Source: Alphaproteobacteria bacterium (GTDB lineage Bacteria > Pseudomonadota > Alphaproteobacteria > MPNO01 > UBA830). From it: 63,656 bases of DNA. The stretch is from contig JAYPTI010000001.1 of NCBI GenBank assembly GCA_038133505.1, forward strand, positions 1 to 63,656, read 5' to 3'. This document shows positions 57,014 to 63,656 of this stretch, in pieces; position 1 is the stretch's first letter; each line of letters begins with the position of its first letter. The translations under genes were made by a program, and so were the position numbers. The notes under the pieces were generated by a model. It had not been told where the DNA came from and searched no databases. It saw only the letters and a list, made by a program, of their open reading frames with translations.

Positions 57014-57891
57014 TCGGCGGGGTTCGCGACGTTCCCCTCAGCGAAGACCCGGCGAGCCGGTACCTGCCGTGGACGGTCGGGCTGCTGGTATTCCTCGCGA
57101 CGCTGGCGCTCGCCGTGACGCTGGTGCTGTCCGCCGCCAGCGATCTGTGGCGCCAGAGCCTCTCGGGGACGCTGACGGTGCAGATACCGCCGCCGGTCGA
57201 CGGCAGCGACGGCGAGGCGCGCGTCGACGCGGCGCTCGAGCTTCTCCGCCAAACGCCGGGTATCGGCTCCGCGGTCCGCCTGTCCGACGAGCAGATCGCA
57301 ACCCTTCTCGAACCGTGGCTCGGCCGCCAGCCGGAGAGCATCGATCTGCCGATGCCCGCGCTGATCGACGTTTCGGTCGAGACCGGATCGGTTGTCGACG
57401 TCGGCGCGTTGTCCGTCCGCCTCACGCAGGTCGCGCCCGGTGCCTCGATCGACGATCATGCCGCCTGGTTGCGCCGTCTTTCGGATTTCGCGAGCGTCGC
57501 GGTCGCGGTTTCGCTGGTGGTCATCGGCGTGATCCTCGCCTCCGCCGTCTCCACCGTCATCTTCACGACGCGGACCGGTCTCGCCATCCATCGCGACATT
57601 ATCGAGCTCCTGCACCTGATCGGCGCGCACGATGCCTACGTTGCGCGGCAGTTCCAGTCCTATGCGATGCGGCTGTCGATCTTCGGGGCGCTGATCGGTT
57701 TCACGCTCGCCGCCGCCGCCGTCTACGCGCTCGGCGAGTTCGGCGGCCGGATTTCCGGCGCGCTTCTTCCCGACTTCACGCTGGCGCCCGTTCAGTGGGC
57801 CTATCTGGCCGGCGTTCCCGTCGGCGCGACGGCCCTGGTCGTGATCACCGTCGGCATCACGGTGACGCGGACGTTGCGCAAGATGATGTAG
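57010..57891 (+). CDS. ftsX: Cell-division ABC transporter permease-like protein
   Basis: ATGA overlap with ftsE. 293 aa. TM1, a periplasmic loop, then three C-terminal TM helices. Confidence 0.85.
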   Translation: MIGGVRDVPLSEDPASRYLPWTVGLLVFLATLALAVTLVLSAASDLWRQSLSGTLTVQIPPPVDGSDGEARVDAALELLRQTPGIGSAVRLSDEQIATLLEPWLGRQPESIDLPMPALIDVSVETGSVVDVGALSVRLTQVAPGASIDDHAAWLRRLSDFASVAVAVSLVVIGVILASAVSTVIFTTRTGLAIHRDIIELLHLIGAHDAYVARQFQSYAMRLSIFGALIGFTLAAAAVYALGEFGGRISGALLPDFTLAPVQWAYLAGVPVGATALVVITVGITVTRTLRKMM

Positions 57892-57931
57892 CGATGACCC
57901 CGAGGCTCTCCCTTTCGCTGCGAGCCGCCCG

Positions 57932-58573
57932 ATGACGTCGCCGGTGCGTCAGCCGCGGTTCGGCCGACGACAGCCCCGATCCTTCCGGACGGCGCGCCTT
58001 CTGCTTCTGCTGTTCCTCGTGGTCGTGCTTGCCTGGGGCTTCGGGTTCCACGAGTTCGCCTCGATGATCCCCGACGCGCCGCCGCCCGCGACCGAGAAGA
58101 CGGACGCGATCGTCGTGCTGACCGGCGGGGCGGGACGCGTGCAGGAGGGCCTGTCGCTGCTGGAGAGCGGCGCCGCCGCTAAGCTGTTCGTCTCCGGCGT
58201 CTATCGCGGCGTGGACGTGCAGGCGCTCCTGAAGGTCGCGCAGCGCTCGCCCGGCAATCTCGAATGCTGCATCGTCCTGGGCTACGCCGCCGACAGCACG
58301 AAGGGAAATGCCGAGGAGACCGCGGAGTGGATCCGGCGCGAAGGCATCACCTCGATCCGGCTGGTGACGGCCAGCTATCACATGCCGCGCAGCCTGCTGG
58401 AATTCGCCGAGCGCCTGCCCGCCGGCGTCCGCGTCCTGCCGCACGCGGTCTTTCCGGAGCAGTTCCGGCAGAGCGACTGGTGGCGCTGGTGGGGCTCCGG
58501 CTGGCTGGCGGTGTCGGAGTATCACAAGTTCCTGCTGGCGCTCGCCGTCAGGGAATTGCGGTCGGACCCATGA
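57932..58573 (+). CDS. YdcF/DUF218-family protein
   Basis: 213 aa. N-terminal anchor, AIVVLTGGAGR, LFVSGV, SIRLVTASYHMPRS. Confidence 0.8.
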   Translation: MTSPVRQPRFGRRQPRSFRTARLLLLLFLVVVLAWGFGFHEFASMIPDAPPPATEKTDAIVVLTGGAGRVQEGLSLLESGAAAKLFVSGVYRGVDVQALLKVAQRSPGNLECCIVLGYAADSTKGNAEETAEWIRREGITSIRLVTASYHMPRSLLEFAERLPAGVRVLPHAVFPEQFRQSDWWRWWGSGWLAVSEYHKFLLALAVRELRSDP

Positions 58574-59295
58574 GGTTTCTGCGGTCGGCCCTGTTCAACG
58601 TCGCGATGTTCGGCTGGACGGCGATCCTGCTGATCGCCTACATCCCGCTGCTCCTCGCGCCCCGCCGGACGCTGCACGACGCGGTTCGCTGGTGGACCCA
58701 TACGATTTTCTTTCTGCAGCGGCGATTGCTGGCACTCGATTTCGAATTCCGAGGCGTCGAGAAACTGCCCGAAGGCGGGTACATCATCGCGTCCGCCCAT
58801 CAATCCGCCTGGGATACGATCGGGCTCTACGAGCTGCTCGAAGACCCCGTCTTCGTCCTCAAGAAGGAGCTCTACGCGATCCCGATGTTCGGGCCCTACG
58901 CCCGGAAGTGCGGCATGGTCGCCATCGACAGGGCCGGCGGCGCGACCGAGGCCCGCTCGATGATCCGGCGGGTGTCCGAAAGGCTCGCGGAAGGAAGACC
59001 CGTCGTCATCTTTCCCGGCGGCACGCGGTCCGGTCCGGACGAAATCGTGGAGCTGAAAGCCGGGATCGCCGCGATGTATCGCCGATGCAACGTGCCGGTG
59101 GTCCCGCTGTCGCTCAACTCGGGCGTGTTCTGGGGACGCCGGAGCTTCGTCAAGACGCCGGGGAAGATTGTCGCGGCGTTCGGCGAGGCGATCCAGCCCG
59201 GATTGAATGCGTCCGATTTTTCGGCGCTGCTGTCCGAGCGCATCCACGACGGCAACCGGCGGCTCGTCGCGGAGGCGCGCGAGTCCTTGCGCTAG
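58570..59295 (+). CDS. plsC: Lysophospholipid (1-acyl-sn-glycerol-3-phosphate) acyltransferase
   Basis: ATG 58570 overlaps the upstream stop (ATGA). HQSAWD (HX4D) and FPGGTRS motifs. 241 aa. Confidence 0.88.
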   Translation: MRFLRSALFNVAMFGWTAILLIAYIPLLLAPRRTLHDAVRWWTHTIFFLQRRLLALDFEFRGVEKLPEGGYIIASAHQSAWDTIGLYELLEDPVFVLKKELYAIPMFGPYARKCGMVAIDRAGGATEARSMIRRVSERLAEGRPVVIFPGGTRSGPDEIVELKAGIAAMYRRCNVPVVPLSLNSGVFWGRRSFVKTPGKIVAAFGEAIQPGLNASDFSALLSERIHDGNRRLVAEARESLR

Positions 59296-60218
59296 AGCTC
59301 GGGGGCGCTCACGAATTCGTCGAACGCCTCCCAGAATTTTTGCCGCAGCGGGTCGGCCTCGATCAGGATCTCGTGCTGGGCGCCCTCGAAGCTGAGACAG
59401 GTACAGGCCTCGAGCCGCGCCGCCATGTCGCGGTGGGCGGGGACAGAGACCACGCGGTCCGACAGCCCGGAGCAGACGAGCACGGGACAGATATCGGGCG
59501 CCTCCTGCGAGAGGCGCTCCAGCGTATCGATGCTCTTGAAGGCCGCATGCGACCAGCCGAGCGTCGCGCCCCCCAGCGCGAGATCCGTGTTGGCGGCCAC
59601 TGCCGCGCGCATCCGGTCGAAGCGGGTCCGGTCGCCCGTGAAGGGATTGCCCTCGAACGTGCGCTCGCCGGCCTCGTAGTCGCCCATGCCCGGCACGTAG
59701 ACGCCGCCGGCCCCGAGGCCGGTGGCGGTCGCGGCGAGCAGGCGCGCGCCCATGCGTTTGATCCCCGAAACGGGAAGATCGAACATCGGCGCCGACAGGA
59801 CGGCGCGCTCGGGCCTCAGTCGCCCTTCCAGCATCGCGCGCATCGCGATATGGCCGCCCATCGAATGGGCGAGCACCACCGTCCGCCGCTTGCCGGTCAG
59901 CGGGACGACCGCGTTCGCGAACCAGTGGAGATCATCGAGGAACGTCTCGAACCGGTCGATATGGCCCTTGTGGCGGTTCTCCAGCAGCCGGTCCGACAGG
60001 CCCTGGCCGCGCCAGTCGAGCGCCCAGACCTCGAAGCCGCGCGCGCCGAGCTCGTCGATCACTTCGATGTATTTTTCGAGGAATTCCGTCCGGCCCTGCA
60101 GCAGCAGAACCCGGCCCGGCCCGTCGTCCCGCGGCGCGGGCCAGTGGCCGATCCGGAGCTTCGCGCCGTCCGGAGTCGTCGCGAATTCGATGTTGCCGTC
60201 CGCGAAAGCCATCCCCAT
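59292..60218 (-). CDS. Alpha/beta hydrolase (lysophospholipase/monoacylglycerol-lipase-like)
   Basis: 308 aa. LLLQGRTEFLEKY, nucleophile elbow AHSMGG, C-terminal GAQHEI. Confidence 0.82.
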   Translation of the reverse strand: MGMAFADGNIEFATTPDGAKLRIGHWPAPRDDGPGRVLLLQGRTEFLEKYIEVIDELGARGFEVWALDWRGQGLSDRLLENRHKGHIDRFETFLDDLHWFANAVVPLTGKRRTVVLAHSMGGHIAMRAMLEGRLRPERAVLSAPMFDLPVSGIKRMGARLLAATATGLGAGGVYVPGMGDYEAGERTFEGNPFTGDRTRFDRMRAAVAANTDLALGGATLGWSHAAFKSIDTLERLSQEAPDICPVLVCSGLSDRVVSVPAHRDMAARLEACTCLSFEGAQHEILIEADPLRQKFWEAFDEFVSAPEL

Positions 60219-60349
60219 TTGTAGAGCGGTGCCCTTTCCCGTGTAAATCGCCGATTGCCGTCGGTGAGGACATAACGAAACATAACGTGAACATTGACCC
60301 TTCCCGGCATCGCCGTTAAGGTGCTGCCCCCGATGCGACAGAGACCCCG

Positions 60350-62671
60350 ATGACCGCGATTTCCGCCATTTCCCAGCAAATCTGGGATATGAAATACCGC
60401 CTCAAGACGGCCTCCGGCGAGCCGGTCGACCGGACGGTCGACGATACGTGGCGGCGCATTGCGGACGCGCTGGCCGCGCCCGAGCACGAGGGCGTCCGTG
60501 CCGACTGGGCCGACCGGTTCTACGAGGCGATGCGCGATTTCCGCTTCCTGCCGGCCGGCCGCATCATCGCCGGCGCGGGCACCGACCGCGACGTGACGCT
60601 GTTCAACTGCTTCGTCATGGGCACCATCCCCGACGACATGAGCGGCATTTTCGAGCATCTGCGCGAAGCGGCGCTGACCATGCAGCAGGGCGGCGGCATC
60701 GGCTACGACTTCTCGACGCTGCGCCCCAAGGGCGCGCCGGTAAAGGGCGTCGGCGCGGATGCGTCCGGCCCGCTGTCGTTCATGGACGTCTGGGATTCCA
60801 TGTGCCGCACCATCATGTCCGCCGGCTACCGCCGCGGCGCGATGATGGCGACGCTGCGCTGCGACCATCCCGATATCGAGGCCTTCATCGAGGCCAAGCA
60901 GGAGCCGGGGCGCCTGCGCATGTTCAACCTGTCGGTCCTCGTGACCGATGCGTTCATGGATGCGGTGCGTACCGACGCCGATTGGGAGCTTACCTTCGGC
61001 GGCACCTGCTTCAAGACCGTCTCGGCCCGCGGCCTGTGGGACCGCATCATGCGGTCGACCTACGAGTACGCCGAACCGGGCGTGATCTTCATCGACCGGA
61101 TCAACCAGACGAACAATCTTTCCTGGTGCGAAACCATCGCCGCGACCAACCCCTGCGGAGAACAACCCCTCCCGTCCTACGGCGCGTGCCTGCTGGGCTC
61201 GGTAAATCTCGCTCGGCTGGTGATCGATCCGTTCACCGAGACCGCGCGGCTCGACGAGGACGCGCTGGCGGACCTCGTGCCCGTCGCGGTCCGCATGATG
61301 GACAACGTGACCGACGCCTCGCAGTTCCCGCTCGAGCAGCAGGCCGCCGAAGCGCGGGCGAAGCGCCGCATCGGCCTCGGCGTCACGGGCCTCGCCGATG
61401 CGCTGATCATGTGCCGGGCGCGCTACGGCTCGGCCCGGGCCGTCGAACTGACCGAGCGCTGGATGCGCACGATCCGGGACGAGGCCTATCGCGCCTCTGC
61501 CGCGCTGGCCGAAGAGAAGGGCGCCTTCCCGCTGTTCGACGCCGCGCCGTATCTCGCCGGCGACATGCCCGGGAAACTCCCCGCCGACGTGCGCGCCGCC
61601 ATCGAAGACCACGGCATCCGCAACGCGCTGCTGACCTCGATCGCGCCGACCGGCACGATCTCGCTCTTTGCCGACAACGTCTCGTCGGGGATCGAGCCGG
61701 TGTTCAGCTACACCTACACCCGCAACGTGATGATGCCCGACGGTTCGCGCCGCGAGGAAGAGGTCTCCGACTACGCCTACCGGCTGTGGCGGCGCATGTT
61801 CGGCGACGCGGCGGCGCTGCCCGACTATTTCGTCTCGGCGCAGGACATCGCGCCCGGCGATCACGTCGTCATGCAGGCGGCGGCGCAGAAATACGTCGAT
61901 TCCTCGATCTCGAAGACGATCAACGTGCCGGCCGACCTGCCGTTCGACGCCTTCAAGGACGTCTACCAGCAGGCCTGGGACACCGGCTGCAAGGGCTGCA
62001 CGACCTACCGGCCGAACGACGTGACGGGCTCGGTCCTGCAGGTGAAGGGCGCGGCCGATCCGGCGCAGCCCGAGCTGCCGCTTGCCGTGCCGCCGCCGGG
62101 GAAGGCCGCCGACGAGTTCGAGTCCGGCGTCGTCTACATGACCCAGCCGCTGTCGCGGCCGGAGGAACTGCCGGGCCAGACCTACAAGCTGCGCTGGCCC
62201 GAGTCCGATCACGCGATCTACATCACCATCAACGACATCGTGCAGGACGGCCGCCGCCGGCCGTTCGAGGTGTTCATCAATTCCAAGAACACCGAGCATT
62301 ACGCCTGGACGGTGGCGCTGACGCGGATGATCTCGGCCGTGTTCCGCCGCGGCGGCGACGTCTCCTTCGTCGTCGACGAGCTCAAGGCCGTGTTCGATCC
62401 GCGCGGCGGCCAGTGGATGCAGGGGCGCTACGTGCCGTCGCTGCTGGCGGCGATCGGCGACGTGATCGAGCGCCACATGATCGATATCGGGTTCATCTCC
62501 GGCGCGGACCTGCCCGGCGCCGAGCCCGACAGGCAAGGCGAGGAAAAGCGGGTCGTCGGGCTCGACGACGCGCCGCGCCTGCGCCAGTGCCCCAAATGCG
62601 GCCAGGCCGCCCTGTTGCGACAAGAGGGTTGCGACAGCTGCACGGCGTGCGATTATTCGAAGTGCGGCTGA
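60350..62671 (+). CDS. nrdJ: Adenosylcobalamin-dependent ribonucleoside-diphosphate reductase (class II)
   Basis: 773 aa. FLPAGRI, LFNCFV, GGGIGYDFSTLRP, ATNPCGEQPLPSYGACLLGS, SISKTIN, and a C-terminal Cys cluster CPKCG...CDSCTACDYSKCG. Confidence 0.92.
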   Translation: MTAISAISQQIWDMKYRLKTASGEPVDRTVDDTWRRIADALAAPEHEGVRADWADRFYEAMRDFRFLPAGRIIAGAGTDRDVTLFNCFVMGTIPDDMSGIFEHLREAALTMQQGGGIGYDFSTLRPKGAPVKGVGADASGPLSFMDVWDSMCRTIMSAGYRRGAMMATLRCDHPDIEAFIEAKQEPGRLRMFNLSVLVTDAFMDAVRTDADWELTFGGTCFKTVSARGLWDRIMRSTYEYAEPGVIFIDRINQTNNLSWCETIAATNPCGEQPLPSYGACLLGSVNLARLVIDPFTETARLDEDALADLVPVAVRMMDNVTDASQFPLEQQAAEARAKRRIGLGVTGLADALIMCRARYGSARAVELTERWMRTIRDEAYRASAALAEEKGAFPLFDAAPYLAGDMPGKLPADVRAAIEDHGIRNALLTSIAPTGTISLFADNVSSGIEPVFSYTYTRNVMMPDGSRREEEVSDYAYRLWRRMFGDAAALPDYFVSAQDIAPGDHVVMQAAAQKYVDSSISKTINVPADLPFDAFKDVYQQAWDTGCKGCTTYRPNDVTGSVLQVKGAADPAQPELPLAVPPPGKAADEFESGVVYMTQPLSRPEELPGQTYKLRWPESDHAIYITINDIVQDGRRRPFEVFINSKNTEHYAWTVALTRMISAVFRRGGDVSFVVDELKAVFDPRGGQWMQGRYVPSLLAAIGDVIERHMIDIGFISGADLPGAEPDRQGEEKRVVGLDDAPRLRQCPKCGQAALLRQEGCDSCTACDYSKCG

Positions 62672-62747
62672 TGCCGCCATTCCCGAACCGGGGGTAGGCT
62701 CTTCGGAACGGAACGAAAATCGGTCTCTGGAAAAACAGGAGTAGTAC

Positions 62748-63275
62748 ATGCGTCGTTTTCCGAATTTTCTGATCTGCGGACTTTTCGCTGCCGTCGCCGC
62801 GCTTGCGGCGGCGCCCGCCTCGGCCGACCGGCCCGTCCAGGTGGCGGACGACCACCTGACCAAGGAACAGGTCGTCGACCGGGTCTTCACCAACATCGAA
62901 CGCCGCATCCTGCAGCGCTATTACGAGGCGCGGGCCGGCCGCCACTCGGACGATGACGGCGACCGCCGCAAGGGTAAGGAAGGCGGCAAGGGTGGCGGCA
63001 TGGGCAAGGACAAGTGCCCCGGCAAGGAGAAGGGCAAGTCGGGCGGCATGCCGCCCGGCCTCGCCAAGCGCGGCGGCGACCTGCCTCCCGGCCTGCTGAA
63101 GCGGGGCGGCGAGCTGCCGCCCGGCCTGGCGAAACGCCTGCCGCGCGATCTCGAACGCGACCTGCCGCGCCGCAGCCAGGAGTTCCGACGCGTCGTCGTC
63201 GACAACGATATCGTGCTGATCGACGCCGTGACCAACAAGGTCCTCGACATCCTCGAGGACGTCATCAAGGGCTAG
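62748..63275 (+). CDS. Secreted hypothetical protein with three PPGL(A/L)KRGG repeats
   Basis: 175 aa. Signal peptide MRRFPNFLICGLFAAVAALAAAPASA, a Lys/Gly-rich centre, three 11-aa repeats (GGMPPGLAKRGG / DLPPGLLKRGG / ELPPGLAKR), and a C-terminal VVVDNDIVLIDAVTNKVLDILEDV module. Confidence 0.6.
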   Translation: MRRFPNFLICGLFAAVAALAAAPASADRPVQVADDHLTKEQVVDRVFTNIERRILQRYYEARAGRHSDDDGDRRKGKEGGKGGGMGKDKCPGKEKGKSGGMPPGLAKRGGDLPPGLLKRGGELPPGLAKRLPRDLERDLPRRSQEFRRVVVDNDIVLIDAVTNKVLDILEDVIKG

Positions 63276-63296
63276 GAAGAGCCGCCGGCCGCCGGT

Positions 63297-63656
63297 CTAC
63301 TCCGCCGCCTGCGCCTGCCGCTCCGCGATCATCCGCTCCACCAACCGCCGTGCCTGGATCGTCGGGTTGTCGCTGTTGACGTCGACCGTGGGCGCGGCCG
63401 GATCGAGGTCGATGATGCGCTGGGTCGCCTCCACCATCGCCACGTCCTCGAGGAACGTGTTGCGGATGCCGCCCATCATCTCGTGCATCTCCGCGTCGTC
63501 GAGCGAGAAGTTGCGGGCCGACGTCCAGAAGTGATGGGTGGTCGACGGCGTTTCGGGCGTGCAGCCGTGCGAGGTGTGGATGTTGATGGCGTGTTCCATG
63601 TTGCCGTCGAACGCGCCCGTGCCGACCGTCGCGATGCCGACGTCGAAGGTCATCGT
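63297..63656 (-). CDS. C-terminal part of a Rieske-type aromatic-ring-hydroxylating/demethylating oxygenase alpha subunit (VanA-like); N-terminus lies beyond the right edge
   Basis: The frame stays open to the window end. HAINIHTSHGCTPETPSTTHHFWTSARNF and FLEDVAMVEATQRI resemble the VanA/PDO-type catalytic domain C-terminus. Confidence 0.6.
   Translation of the reverse strand, partial: TMTFDVGIATVGTGAFDGNMEHAINIHTSHGCTPETPSTTHHFWTSARNFSLDDAEMHEMMGGIRNTFLEDVAMVEATQRIIDLDPAAPTVDVNSDNPTIQARRLVERMIAERQAQAAE

Noticed and set aside
59292-59295. Convergent plsC and hydrolase genes share the palindromic tetranucleotide CTAG as the stop codon on both strands
   Set aside because: This is real in the sequence but a trivial consequence of TAG being self-overlapping in CTAG. 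It has no functional implication beyond tight packing.
60059-62908. 949-aa minus-strand ORF
   Set aside because: It is antisense to the clearly recognisable class II ribonucleotide reductase nrdJ and overlaps the real alpha/beta hydrolase gene in another frame. It has no motifs and an R/G/A-rich composition.

Overview
This is a 63.7-kb, high-GC chromosomal segment. Gene content and synteny look alphaproteobacterial: tlpA/argH/small lipoprotein/lysA/TIGR02302-like, cpdR-hpt, zinc-ribbon + ftsEX, and many TTT (Bug/TctC) binding proteins. I can support about 60 protein genes, one tRNA-Leu(UAA) and a few repeats, hairpins and operator-like sites. I saw no rRNA, CRISPR array, transposase, integrase or phage genes.

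Left part: selA-selB (selB cut by the window edge), an ankyrin protein, a DUF3500 protein, prfC, hmgA-fahA followed by an orphan molybdopterin-hydroxylase large subunit, a LigI-like amidohydrolase plus split ThDP-decarboxylase cluster, two more catabolic enzymes, and an MCP.

Middle part (downstream of tRNA-Leu) looks like an accessory catabolic/transport region. It holds Rrf2 + NDH-2-like, tcuAB, and a LysR regulator with a divergent DLH/PrpF/TTT operon that includes a TctA-TctB fusion. These are followed by two tandem transporter + alpha/beta-hydrolase modules, one TTT and one TRAP.

Right part is housekeeping: sufE, pyrD, argH, lysA, cpdR, hpt, ftsEX, plsC, nrdJ.

The best lead is an in-frame UGA at 14924-14926 (minus strand) sitting at the first Cys position of a W-C-x-x-C redox motif (W-U-P-P-C). 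It joins two track ORFs into one 199-aa signal-peptide-bearing redoxin. A GGUC-capped hairpin follows at SECIS distance, and selA/selB lie in the same window, so this is a probable unannotated selenoprotein.

Many of the longest ORFs in the track are antisense or alternate-frame artefacts of high GC. All family assignments come from motif recognition by eye, not from searches.
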